The notes beneath the pieces are model-generated. The model ran no database searches and was not told the origin of the DNA. It saw only the letters and a program-made list of their open reading frames with translations. From a virus: DNA of 64,000 nucleotides. Position numbers and translations under genes: made by a program. The DNA lies in the IMG/VR virus record IMGVR_UViG_3300031565_000015, positions 4,860 to 68,859 of that record. One strand, given 5' to 3'. Below, in pieces: positions 48,818 through 58,170 of the stretch (positions within the stretch are counted from its first letter, which is position 1; each line of letters opens with the position of its first letter).

Positions 48818-49699
48818 TTAAATTAATTTTTTTAAAACTCTATCCGCTCGTGCAAGCAAGGCGGCAGAAGACATTCTCTTATCAAATTCCTTCGGTTCAA
48901 CGATAGGAATCACCTCATCTACGACTGTGGCCACAGGTTCGATGGGTTCCGGTTCCGGTGTGGCGGAAACATCTCGTTTCTCACCTGCCAGCCCTTCAGA
49001 TATGATAGCCTTTGCCTGTTTAATAGGGCATCCTGCGTCCCGTAGAATGCGCTCAACTTCTCTTGCTGTTAAATCTTTATCTTCACCGGATTTCAATTTA
49101 TCCGGAACTTTCGCAAATACTGACAGGTCGAACATCGTGGCTTTCGCTTCCGATTCTCCGGCTATGCTATCGATAAATCCAGCATCGAGAGCTTCCTGTG
49201 CTGTGAACCAAGTTTCAGCTTCCATCAGCGCCAGAACGTCTTCCTCAGACTTGCCGGATTTATCCATGTAAGTCTTGGCAATCGTGCCACGCACTTTGTC
49301 CAGCAGTTCGGCCTCTTTCCTGAAATCCTCAGCGCCCCCGGCCATCATAGACCAGGGCTCATGGATCATCATGAAAGCGTTCTCAGCCATAACAACCTCA
49401 TCCGCAGCCATTACAATAACGGAAGCGATGGAAGCCGCCAGACCGTCCACATGGGCGACCACTCGGGCCGGATGCTGCTTGACAGCATTAAATATGGTGG
49501 TGCCATCAAATACCGACCCGCCCGGGGAGTTGACCCGGATATTTATCAGCTTTGATGTGATTTTGTTAAAATCTTTGACGAATACACTGGCATCTACACC
49601 CCAAAAAGACACCTCGTCATAAATGTAGACAGTTGTTTCGTCCGCTTTGTTCTCAATCCTGTACGCATTGCGAGTGTTTCTTTGGAATATGCTTCTCAT
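48818..49699 (-). CDS. ClpP-like prohead protease
   Basis: NSPGGSV, GLAASIAS, MMIHEPW, ETWFTAQEA. Confidence 0.92.
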   Translation of the reverse strand: MRSIFQRNTRNAYRIENKADETTVYIYDEVSFWGVDASVFVKDFNKITSKLINIRVNSPGGSVFDGTTIFNAVKQHPARVVAHVDGLAASIASVIVMAADEVVMAENAFMMIHEPWSMMAGGAEDFRKEAELLDKVRGTIAKTYMDKSGKSEEDVLALMEAETWFTAQEALDAGFIDSIAGESEAKATMFDLSVFAKVPDKLKSGEDKDLTAREVERILRDAGCPIKQAKAIISEGLAGEKRDVSATPEPEPIEPVATVVDEVIPIVEPKEFDKRMSSAALLARADRVLKKLI

Positions 49700-50979
49700 A
49701 ATGATTCCTCGTCATCGTTATCCGATCCGTCCGTATCGGGTGGATCAGTGGTTTCCTGTAGGTTCTTACCAACATCTTCAAGTTTCTGTACGTTCAAAGA
49801 TATGTGATGCACGTACCCATCGTCTATTGGGTTCATGTCTTCTTTTGCTCTGACCTCATTTATACTGAACACACCTCTGTCCAACAATACCGTATAAAAA
49901 TCAGCCCGGTCCTTGCTGCTCCCTCGTAACAGACCTTCGAGAATGTGCTTGAAATATAATCCATTACGGAACTCAGGTACTGTTAGTAACTGCAAGTTAT
50001 AGTTCTGCTCAAGACGGACAGCCCATGGTAACAAGCAATCTGTCACAAAGGCTGTCTGCTCAGACTCTATGTTATTGAAGGATGACTTCGAGAGGTCTTT
50101 GAGTTTATGTGGGGGGATATTAAACATCCGAGCTATTTCAGATATCTGCCACGCTCTCGACTCAATGAACTGTGAGTCATTCGGTGGTATTCCGAGGGTT
50201 TCAATCTTCATGCCCTCTTCAAGCAGCATGAGTTTGTGACTCTTACCGAGTCCTGAGTGCGCGTCTTTCAGGGAGCTACTGAGATTTTTATGGGCTATTT
50301 CCGACAGTTTACCAGGGTGATTAACAATCGTTCCCGGGTGCGTCCCTTGCCCGAAGTAGTTACTCCCGAAAGTCTCCATGGCTTTAGCAAGACCGATACC
50401 ATTGCGCGCCATGTGTATCACGGAGTACCCAATAAACCCATCGAACCCAAGGCCCGGGACGTGCATGATCTGGCGCCGACCGAGAACCACCGGGTCATCA
50501 ACACCGACATTTATTTCATAAACCATGTCCCCGTCGATCATCTTAGGTGACACACGGTTCGGTGTGATTGGCCACAACTCAACTATCTGGCCCCTGGTAT
50601 TATAAACTTTCTCGGCGTATCCATTGCCCCACGTAAGGATGTGGGACAGCAAACACTCACGGACAGCCATGGCCGTCATAAGCGGATTACCGGCGGAGTG
50701 CATCGTTCTGTATAAAGGGTGTGTTATCGCAGGAAGGGTGTTTTTACCTTGAGCTTGCATAAGGTGCAGAGGGAGCGCACCGATGGTGCCCGCAATGAGA
50801 GACACTGCGTTCCAGACGGCAGAATAGGTTAAAGCTGTGTACTCATTTATATTTTCACCTGAAGGGGATTGATGTCCCGCAAGGTTCCATAGCGCCGAGT
50901 TCCACATCTTTTCATCAGTTATTCTGGCAGCCGCCGATATCAGCGCTCCTGGGCGAGGCATTCGGGACATAAGGCCCAT
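49696..50979 (-). CDS. Portal protein (HK97 family)
   Basis: WGNGYA, GFDGFIGYS, LEEGM, IARMFNIPP, NEVRAKE. Confidence 0.93.
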   Translation of the reverse strand: MGLMSRMPRPGALISAAARITDEKMWNSALWNLAGHQSPSGENINEYTALTYSAVWNAVSLIAGTIGALPLHLMQAQGKNTLPAITHPLYRTMHSAGNPLMTAMAVRECLLSHILTWGNGYAEKVYNTRGQIVELWPITPNRVSPKMIDGDMVYEINVGVDDPVVLGRRQIMHVPGLGFDGFIGYSVIHMARNGIGLAKAMETFGSNYFGQGTHPGTIVNHPGKLSEIAHKNLSSSLKDAHSGLGKSHKLMLLEEGMKIETLGIPPNDSQFIESRAWQISEIARMFNIPPHKLKDLSKSSFNNIESEQTAFVTDCLLPWAVRLEQNYNLQLLTVPEFRNGLYFKHILEGLLRGSSKDRADFYTVLLDRGVFSINEVRAKEDMNPIDDGYVHHISLNVQKLEDVGKNLQETTDPPDTDGSDNDDEESL

Positions 50980-51158
50980 CAGCTTTTATTCCCCATGAGA
51001 TACCCGGCTATGATAAATAACGCGCCCACAACAGAAAAAGCGATCCAGGGCTCTTTCAGATACAAACCATATCCGAGAGTTCCGATGCCGCCTAAAAATA
51101 GTACGTCTCTAATGTCTATTCGCTTCAAATAAAATACCCCCGCTAACGGTTAGTGTAT

Positions 51159-51188
51159 AAAATACCACTACGTTATCGGGGGTGTCAA
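51159..51188 (-). promoter_or_regulatory. Putative sigma70 promoter for the head operon
   Basis: TTGACA-18 nt-TATTTT with TG extension on the minus strand. Confidence 0.45.
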
Positions 51189-51213
51189 GGGGTTGTATTG
51201 GGTTCAAGCACTG

Positions 51214-51420
51214 TTAGGGGGCAGGAAGTAAAATAGGTCCCATCCATTTAGCTTTTTTTAACATCCCATGCCTGCCCACTCTTCTACCATTAGTCGTACG
51301 TTCAACAACTGGTGACAGTGTTCCTACACCACTGACAATAACCAGTTCCGGACACCCTCTCCAAACATCCAACATTAACCAATACCCATCTTCTGTCGGT
51401 ACTTCTTTCCACTCTGTCAT
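51214..51420 (-). CDS. Small PTEDGY...W.GPI family protein
   Basis: Paralogue of 56354..56644. Confidence 0.6.
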   Translation of the reverse strand: MTEWKEVPTEDGYWLMLDVWRGCPELVIVSGVGTLSPVVERTTNGRRVGRHGMLKKAKWMGPILLPAP

Positions 51421-51432
51421 AATATCCTCCTG

Positions 51433-51867
51433 TTATAATCTAACCCCCGGTACCCACCATTTCTCAGGGTCCCACCAACCCGTGAAATCCGGGCATCCGG
51501 GACACTCACGAGTCTCGCAGTCCGGCAGAGACTGGCAGTAATCTCCGCGTTTATCAACCGACCACTTCGGTGCCGGCACCCTGGGTTTCTGCGGGGGGCT
51601 GAAACTCTCCCTACGTCTCTTTGCCATGGCCTCCGCCGCGCAGTCTGGACATCTGATACCCCCTGGGCCTGTCGGCTTCAGCATGTACCATTCCAGGCAG
51701 TCCTCACACTGTTTCTTGCGCCCAGTTACCGGCTGTTTGTGTTCCCGGCAGAGGATGCGGGTGCTGTGACCGGTACGTGATCGATATATCCCTGATTTTG
51801 GAAGCTCACAGCCACATTTGCAAATATAGATTATTTCAGTATTTAAGCCTTGGAACTCTGAGGTCAT
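51433..51867 (-). CDS. Cys-rich hypothetical protein
   Basis: Multiple CxC/CxxC motifs. Confidence 0.55.
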   Translation of the reverse strand: MTSEFQGLNTEIIYICKCGCELPKSGIYRSRTGHSTRILCREHKQPVTGRKKQCEDCLEWYMLKPTGPGGIRCPDCAAEAMAKRRRESFSPPQKPRVPAPKWSVDKRGDYCQSLPDCETRECPGCPDFTGWWDPEKWWVPGVRL

Positions 51868-52544
51868 TTAAACTCTCCCGCAATAAGAACTGTTTTCTGA
51901 TAGCATGTCGGAGTATCTTCTCCCGTAGTGGCCTGGTGGCAGTATAATACATCGGGCAGTCCCGTGAGTGCGTTCCGCGCTGCCAGTACCCACGTCCCGA
52001 GAACCCACAGAACGCGCAGGGGCTGTTAAGAACGTGTTTTGTCATCAGCTTTAGGTTCCTTCCACTTATAGGATTTACAGCGCGGGCAAGTCCTGGGATT
52101 ATCCACCAGTGGAGTCCACACCCATGTGCATCGCTTACAGGTCTGTTCTTTTCGTTTCTTACTCATAGTTCACTCCCACTGTTATTTTTGGTGTTAATCC
52201 GGTCAGCATTCCGCGTTTGTCATAGATTAGCTCGCTGTGAAGGCACACTTTCTCGACGTACACTCCGGTCTCTTTCTGGAACTCTGTCAGAAGATGGAGA
52301 ATATCGAACTCCAGTTTCTGTTTCTTTTCTTTAGTTTCTTTTAAATCCATTTAACACCTCTATTTCAACTGTTATTCGTTTCTCCCCTGTCCGTGGGTCG
52401 GTGAATCTCCGCATTCCTCTGAAGCTGCCAGGGCCGAACATCAGATCATATTTGTGCCGGTACTTAGCGCACCCCGGGTCGAACCGACGGTAAGTATTCG
52501 TCAGTTTCGCCCAAGACCAGAAATTCTTTGCTGTATCTGGCAAT

Positions 52545-52925
52545 TTAGAACCGTCTGAACGGAACTGGCGGTTCTGGATCGGCACACATTAAATTCAAGT
52601 GCTTTTCCATGCTCTCGATATGTTTCGCAGTGTCTTCAATACTTTTCTGATAAAGATTTTCGATAAATCCATGATCAAAGAAGGTACGGCCTTTAGCTGG
52701 ACAAAGTTCATTCAGCCCAGAAGCTACTGAGCATTTGACATCTTTTCCAAGATCTCTGCACATCCTTTGGACACGAACAGCCTCTCTGCCGCTGCGAAAC
52801 AAAATCCGATCACCGGTCTTTACTGCTTCCACCATCCGTGTAGTTCTGCCTGACCTTCTGGCCGACTGAAAATACCCGTTGACCATTCCTTTTACAGCAT
52901 TGTCAATTCCGAAAAAATCTGTCAT
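52545..52925 (-). CDS. Hypothetical protein with degenerate P-loop
   Basis: ARRSGRTT. Confidence 0.5.
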   Translation of the reverse strand: MTDFFGIDNAVKGMVNGYFQSARRSGRTTRMVEAVKTGDRILFRSGREAVRVQRMCRDLGKDVKCSVASGLNELCPAKGRTFFDHGFIENLYQKSIEDTAKHIESMEKHLNLMCADPEPPVPFRRF

Positions 52926-52929
52926 AATA

Positions 52930-53376
52930 TTATATCTCCGTGCATTTACCAGTTACTGCCACCAGAGCGGAATCAAAGTCCGCCCCGACCCCTGAGATGA
53001 ACAGGTCTATCTTTTCCTGCTGTTTCTCAGATAAATTCTGCCATTTCTGTCGGCCATGTTCCGTTCTCTTCAGAACGATGGAACAGCGAGTCTGTATGCT
53101 CCAATCGCACGAATAGAACCGCCAGCCTGTTGGAATTGTGTTGAGCGGAGACAGTCTGTACGGAAGTAATTTTAAGCCTACATCACCGGCGATTCTCCTG
53201 GCTATCTCTTTTTCTTGTTCAGAGTATTTGGATTTTAATAACCCTTTTTCGTCCAGTTTTCTGATCAACTCCTTCTGCCAGGGTCGTAGATTTGCACCCA
53301 ATACTTCCGAACAGAAGGTTATAAGTCTGTCAGCTTTCGTTGTCGTATTATTCACCGTGGGACTCCTTGTATTCAT
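52930..53376 (-). CDS. Hypothetical protein
   Basis: F...VLG..LRPWQKE N-terminal motif. Confidence 0.5.
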   Translation of the reverse strand: MNTRSPTVNNTTTKADRLITFCSEVLGANLRPWQKELIRKLDEKGLLKSKYSEQEKEIARRIAGDVGLKLLPYRLSPLNTIPTGWRFYSCDWSIQTRCSIVLKRTEHGRQKWQNLSEKQQEKIDLFISGVGADFDSALVAVTGKCTEI

Positions 53377-53611
53377 GGATTAAACTATGCAGAGCCAGTA
53401 TTCCGTCTCTGAACTTCAAATTCATAAGATCGACATACGAATCGGCTATTTCCAATTCAGAAATTATGAACTGAAAATTATGAAATTCTCCGAACTTGAA
53501 AACTCGTAAACGAATCTTGAACCAAGAGTCTTCTTGAGTAAGCAGTATCTCCCCATCATCACCAAAGTGGTGTTTCATCATTTTCATGGCGTCGAACAGA
53601 TCAAATTTCAT
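53348..53611 (-). CDS. Hypothetical protein
   Basis: ATGA coupling. Confidence 0.5.
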   Translation of the reverse strand: MKFDLFDAMKMMKHHFGDDGEILLTQEDSWFKIRLRVFKFGEFHNFQFIISELEIADSYVDLMNLKFRDGILALHSLIHEYKESHGE

Positions 53612-53907
53612 TTCAGTTTCTCCAGTTCACGTTTGTTTTCTTCGACCTCCGCAATCTTTTTGGCGTTCTTGGCTTTCAGCATGTCGTACTGAGATTTAAA
53701 ATGAGTGACCTTTTTTTCACAAGTTTTACATTTCTCATACCCATACCCGTAATAATCAACCCAATAAAAATCAGTTTTACTGTGATAGCACTCCAGCATT
53801 TTCAGTCTTTTGTATAGCTCGCCGTTGTCTCGTGTCAGGTTATCAATCCTGTCATTCAAGACCTCGACTGTACTCTTTAGCTCTCTGATCGTCTTAAAGA
53901 AAAACAT
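53608..53907 (-). CDS. Hypothetical coiled-coil protein
   Basis: GGAGG RBS; P1 promoter upstream. Confidence 0.55.
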   Translation of the reverse strand: MFFFKTIRELKSTVEVLNDRIDNLTRDNGELYKRLKMLECYHSKTDFYWVDYYGYGYEKCKTCEKKVTHFKSQYDMLKAKNAKKIAEVEENKRELEKLK

Positions 53908-53935
53908 TTTATATCCTCCCGGTTAAATTTAATAC

Positions 53936-53965
53936 AGTAGTATCAGTATAATCTTTATTTGTCAA
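53936..53965 (-). promoter_or_regulatory. Class P1 repeated promoter
   Basis: agtagtatcagtataatctttatttgtcaa. Confidence 0.75.
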
Positions 53966-53975
53966 GTGGTATTTA

Positions 53976-55547
53976 TTATAATACCAATACCCCCCGTCCT
54001 TCATAAACTGATGGTTCGGCAATAGCGTCGGAGTGGGCGGCGCTTAAAGCCATGGCCGCTGCTACAATTCCGTCTATTCTGCCGGTTGATTTAATCTTAT
54101 CGAACTTACGACCTCCGGCTGGATCTGCCTGGACCCGAGTATTCGCTGCGCACATGTGCATCACAGGGTGTTTCCCGTGTCTCATGCGCCCTTCGACCAG
54201 GGCGTCCTCCAGTCTCTCGACCGCCGGGCTCATGTCTTTATACCCTTGGCCGTGCGGAATGAGCCTCAGACCGCCCGGAATTTCATCATCCTGGCCCTCT
54301 ATCCATGCGTCCACACCTTCTGCTATCAGTTCGCGCTGAAGGTCCGCTATGCGCCATCTATCGAACCGTATGCCCCCAATTTCGTATTTGCCGTGGGCTT
54401 TACCCAACTCTATGGCGACATACCGATAATCTATCGTTTTTCCGGGTACTGCTGTCAATTTCTCTTGACTTACCCATAGGGAATATGGGGCTTTATCCCG
54501 GTCTTCTCTGAAAGCAAGGGTGTCCGCCGGGGTGAAAAAGTGCATCATCATGTGGATTATCCCGTCGTCATCTTCACATGTGAACACCAGGGCAGTGAGG
54601 TCGTTCTTGGCCGAGAGATCAAGACCTCCGTAACATTTACGGTCATAAAATACGCTCTCATCTACCGGACCTGAATTTTCCTTCCAGACTTCAGGTGTGA
54701 TGAAATGCTCGGACGCGGAGATCCGCTGATTCAGGTAGAGATTCCGAAAACCAGCCGCCATGGACGGCATTTTCTTGGCTTTTTTAGCATAATCTCGCAT
54801 ACCGATGAGAGATCTGAAGTCACCAAGAGCCGGATTAGCTTGGTACCATACTTCTTCGTTCCAGATATCTTCCTCGTCCAATGGGACTGCGTATAGGAAA
54901 CTCACGAATGCCGGATCTTCTTTAGTCTCACCGTAATCTATCAACTGTGATAGGAGAGCGGTGTCCGATGGTGCCTGGGTAGAGAATGTCCACACCATCG
55001 GTTCTTCATGGGCATCAGTGGAGGTCATCAGCGCGTCGTACAGAGTTCGGTCAGTCCCGAACTCCGCCAGCTCATCAAACGCGATGAATGACGAACTCTT
55101 CCCCATTTTACCCTTCTTTTCGCCTGATAATACGGTAAATACTGATCCGGACACTGGGTCCTGGATCTTTTTACGGGATTCAGTGACGTTCAGACGTTCA
55201 GAGAGTTCTTCGTCCATGTAGACGATAGCACTGGTATAATTGAAGATGATAGCCGCCTGCTCCCTGTCAATCGAGAGGCTGTAAAGCTGGCCGTTACGGA
55301 CGGCCTCCGGGCCGCAGAGGTGGCAGAGGCAGAGCGCCGCTACAAAAGCTGATTTACCGTTCTTGCGTCCAATTGAGAGGACCGCTTGACGGACCAGACG
55401 CAACCCTGTTTCGCTTACCGGGTCATAAACCGCCCGGATAATATCTTTCTGCCAGTCCCGCAGCACGAACGGCATCCCTGCGTTCGTCCCGTCTGGTAGA
55501 CGCAGGGTCTCAATGAACTCTATTATGGCTGTGGATCGGTTAATCAA
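53976..55547 (-). CDS. terL: Terminase large subunit
   Basis: LRDWQK, GRKNGKS, FDE, GGLDLS..DLTA, RIDGIVA. Confidence 0.93.
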   Translation of the reverse strand: MINRSTAIIEFIETLRLPDGTNAGMPFVLRDWQKDIIRAVYDPVSETGLRLVRQAVLSIGRKNGKSAFVAALCLCHLCGPEAVRNGQLYSLSIDREQAAIIFNYTSAIVYMDEELSERLNVTESRKKIQDPVSGSVFTVLSGEKKGKMGKSSSFIAFDELAEFGTDRTLYDALMTSTDAHEEPMVWTFSTQAPSDTALLSQLIDYGETKEDPAFVSFLYAVPLDEEDIWNEEVWYQANPALGDFRSLIGMRDYAKKAKKMPSMAAGFRNLYLNQRISASEHFITPEVWKENSGPVDESVFYDRKCYGGLDLSAKNDLTALVFTCEDDDGIIHMMMHFFTPADTLAFREDRDKAPYSLWVSQEKLTAVPGKTIDYRYVAIELGKAHGKYEIGGIRFDRWRIADLQRELIAEGVDAWIEGQDDEIPGGLRLIPHGQGYKDMSPAVERLEDALVEGRMRHGKHPVMHMCAANTRVQADPAGGRKFDKIKSTGRIDGIVAAAMALSAAHSDAIAEPSVYEGRGVLVL

Positions 55548-55749
55548 TACGTATCACATTGTCCGCGTCGAAACCATAGCAGAAATCTATTGGCTCTATT
55601 TTTTCTAAAGCCAAAATAAAAGACGGCACGGCTTTTTTCAAAAATAGATAATCCATGTTCTTAGACCAATGTGATGGTCTTGGTATTTTCATTTCGTGGA
55701 AAAACTCGCGTATAGCAGTTTCGAGCGACCTTTCTGAAACTAACATCTC

Positions 55750-55884
55750 TCACCTCTTCTTGCGTAGAAAGTTCAAAATATCCCTCAGTGTTACATCCTC
55801 TTTCAGCACTCGCTTCGGTGGTGGAGGTGGAGGGGGCGGCGGCTTGACGGCATTCTTCGGGCAAGGTCTTGGTGCATGTGTCAT
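55750..55884 (-). CDS. Small polyproline protein (not in the ORF track)
   Basis: MTHAPRPCPKNAVKPPPPPPPPKR...; GGGG RBS-like sequence. Confidence 0.45.
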   Translation of the reverse strand: MTHAPRPCPKNAVKPPPPPPPPPKRVLKEDVTLRDILNFLRKKR

Positions 55885-55888
55885 ATCA

Positions 55889-56350
55889 TCACCCCTTAAA
55901 CATCTTCCGGCCTGACGTGGCCGCTGGTTTCTTCCGGCTGTCGGTATTGACGCCCCGCTGTTTCAGGTGGCGACTGGTGGTACACATAGACCCCAGGGAG
56001 TCTTTCTTCACGCCGAACCATGGGTTTTTCATGGGTTTCATCAGTGGCTCTCGATACCCCTCCACGTCCTGTTTCATAAACCCGACCACCATTTCCACAA
56101 CTGCTCCCTCCTTGGCCAGAACCTTACTGGCTTGATTGTGAATATCTTCCGCATCGCAGAACCCTCGGAGCAGCACAACGGCTTCCGGATCGAATGTTCC
56201 CTCCGGGTGGCCCGCTACTATTCGTTTGAATAAATTGCGTGCGCGGGCTGTCATGCCGTGTGGGGGGTTCGGCCTGGGCTGTCTGGTGGTTGTCGGTAAT
56301 ACTGTTATCGCGTTCTTTTGTCCTTCCGGAACTGGGCCTCGTTTTCCCAT
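55889..56350 (-). CDS. terS: Terminase small subunit (P27-like)
   Basis: MGKRGP.P...P.PP......A...F...EG.V...NPW...G....SR. Confidence 0.8.
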   Translation of the reverse strand: MGKRGPVPEGQKNAITVLPTTTRQPRPNPPHGMTARARNLFKRIVAGHPEGTFDPEAVVLLRGFCDAEDIHNQASKVLAKEGAVVEMVVGFMKQDVEGYREPLMKPMKNPWFGVKKDSLGSMCTTSRHLKQRGVNTDSRKKPAATSGRKMFKG

Positions 56351-56353
56351 GGT

Positions 56354-56644
56354 TTATTCCTCCTCTGGCGGTTTTATTGGACCATACCATTTTCCGGCCA
56401 CTTCACTTACCGTATAATCGTGAAGATTTCCAAGAAAATTAACCCTTGTTAAACCAGCATGTTTTGATTTTCTGAATTCAGCGAACATAATTCCGTGGTC
56501 GCTATCATCGAACCAATAATACCCATCTTCGGTAGGCTGGTCTTGCCATGTTCCAGCCAATGGTCTTCCGCAGATTCTGCAAAAATTCCCAGATGCTCTG
56601 TTATCAGAACATTCTATGCAATCTGATTGTTTTAATTTATCCAT
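56354..56644 (-). CDS. PTEDGY...WYGPI family protein with N-terminal Zn ribbon
   Basis: CIEC...CRICG; paralogue of 51214..51420. Confidence 0.6.
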   Translation of the reverse strand: MDKLKQSDCIECSDNRASGNFCRICGRPLAGTWQDQPTEDGYYWFDDSDHGIMFAEFRKSKHAGLTRVNFLGNLHDYTVSEVAGKWYGPIKPPEEE

Positions 56645-56662
56645 ACTCTCCTCCTACTATTA

Positions 56663-57025
56663 ATTCAGGCAGAGGGGCAAACATACTCTGCGTCTTGTAC
56701 ACGCTGCTTCCAGCGGATGCCCTGATTGTTTGCACTCGCCCGGTGTTATTCAGTTGGTGGCTCAACGTAACACCAGTGTGTTACTTTATAAGCGAAATCA
56801 ATCCAATCTTTCGGTTTTTTAGGGTCATCAACTTCGCTTCTGAACCCAAGTTCTATAGTCATGTCATCCTCGCCCCAATATCTACCAAATCCCAATACCA
56901 TTTCCCCGGTATCTGGCAGCTTATCAATGCTTTTTATCCAATCCATATCATCCCCCTATCGTTATTCAGGCAGAGGTGCAAACATACTCTGCGTCTTGTA
57001 CACGCTTTTTCCAGCAGATGCCCTG
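56663..57025. repeat. 62-bp direct repeat (56663-56724 and 56964-57025; 4 mismatches) with internal hairpins
   Basis: attcaggcagagg(g/t)gcaaacatactctgcgtcttgtacacgct..ttccagc(g/a)gatgccctg. Confidence 0.92.
56746..56946 (-). CDS. DUF551-like small protein
   Basis: MDWIK..DKLP...VL...VTHW...PP. Confidence 0.7.
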   Translation of the reverse strand: MDWIKSIDKLPDTGEMVLGFGRYWGEDDMTIELGFRSEVDDPKKPKDWIDFAYKVTHWCYVEPPTE

Positions 57026-57050
57026 CGTACTCATATTATTCCTCTCTCCG

Positions 57051-57170
57051 TGTAAAGGAGGACGGGATTCGAACCCGCACCTGTCCATATTTTTGATGTT
57101 CGGTGACATCGAGGGCTCGAAACCTCGGGCCTGGAATTCTCCAGCACAGTAACCATTGTGTTACCTCCTT
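57051..57170 (-). ncRNA. tRNA-like RNA / pseudo-tRNA with expanded central region
   Basis: 7-bp acceptor stem AAGGAGG/CCTCCTT, D-arm-like CAC-AATGGTTACT-GTG, T-arm GCGGG-TTCGAAT-CCCGT; no canonical anticodon loop. Confidence 0.55.
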
Positions 57171-57174
57171 ATAA

Positions 57175-57480
57175 TCACCTCTTCCAAGGATGCCCGTCGT
57201 GCAGAGGGTATCCTTCTTCGTCATAGCCAGCCGGGTCTTTTATTCTCCCATGGCGCTTCTCATGGCACAGGAAGCATAGGGACCATAAGTTCTCCGGGGC
57301 GTTATTATATTGGTTCTCATCCAGATGATGGACCGTCCAGGCGGCTTTGTGGATCTGTTTAGACGCGCAGTCCTCGCAGAGTGGATGTTCTGCGAGGTGT
57401 AGTCGTCTCACACGCCGCCACACTGTTCCATACCCTCTGGAACTTGCCGACCCTCGGTTATCTTTACGTGTCCATGCCAT
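57175..57480 (-). CDS. HNH endonuclease (HK97 gp74-like packaging cofactor)
   Basis: RGYG..W...R......PLC..C...HH...NL.SLC..CH; upstream of terS. Confidence 0.85.
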   Translation of the reverse strand: MAWTRKDNRGSASSRGYGTVWRRVRRLHLAEHPLCEDCASKQIHKAAWTVHHLDENQYNNAPENLWSLCFLCHEKRHGRIKDPAGYDEEGYPLHDGHPWKR

Positions 57481-57496
57481 ACAGTATATGTATCAT

Positions 57497-57940
57497 TTAG
57501 TCGGTTGCTGTGTCAAGCGCTAACCTCCTATGTAAGAACTCCAAGATCTCAAAGTTCGTCATTTTATTTATGTCTCTGATAGACTCGCAGGTCACTCTGC
57601 CGGTTACTTGGATCTGTAAGTCAACAGACGTGTACGAACAGGACAAACCTGTGGCGTAACCTGAAAAATCTAAAGTCTCACCGTTTTGAATGGTTGCTTT
57701 AAATAAGACCATGTCTCCTGACATCTGGGTGTTTTGGAGACTGAGGTACTGTTTTCCTGAGCAATGCAAAGAGAATGAAAAACTCTCAGACTTCATGCCA
57801 CATACGTACTGTCTGTACACTTGGCCTGGTTCTTCCGGCAGCTCAATACTATCCCGAGACACAACCCGTTCCACAGACCGGACGACCCCGCAGTTTATTT
57901 GCGAGCCGTCAGGATCTATGATGAATAGCGCGTTATTCAT
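57497..57940 (-). CDS. Tail-tube-like protein outside the tail operon
   Basis: Y..GMK...F...F.....G....F.GY......QVTG resembles the siphoviral tube fold. Confidence 0.45.
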   Translation of the reverse strand: MNNALFIIDPDGSQINCGVVRSVERVVSRDSIELPEEPGQVYRQYVCGMKSESFSFSLHCSGKQYLSLQNTQMSGDMVLFKATIQNGETLDFSGYATGLSCSYTSVDLQIQVTGRVTCESIRDINKMTNFEILEFLHRRLALDTATD

Positions 57941-58170
57941 CTGTCCCACTTCCATCCTGTGAGGGTCTGCATTTCTCTCGTCTCATGCGGGAACACGAAG
58001 TCATCCACATCTTTGTCGAGCAGAGAAGTCATGTCAGACTCCAGTTTCGCCAGGACTTTCCGGGCTGCGTCCAGTTCCAGTTGTTTTTCTTTCAGCAGGT
58101 ATTTGATGCGTTCTTTCCGTTCTGCTGTGATTTCCGCCTTTACTTCTGTCATTACGTCTTTTACTTTCAT
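57937..58170 (-). CDS. Hypothetical coiled-coil protein
   Basis: GGAG RBS; ATGA-type coupling. Confidence 0.55.
   Translation of the reverse strand: MKVKDVMTEVKAEITAERKERIKYLLKEKQLELDAARKVLAKLESDMTSLLDKDVDDFVFPHETREMQTLTGWKWDR

Noticed and set aside
28557-50550. Numerous plus-strand ORFs opposite the structural genes
   Set aside because: Antisense shadows of long minus-strand genes with no recognisable motifs.
56663-56724. GGGCAAAC suggesting a c-di-GMP-I riboswitch
   Set aside because: It is on the strand opposite to transcription, is altered in the second copy, and lacks the rest of the consensus.
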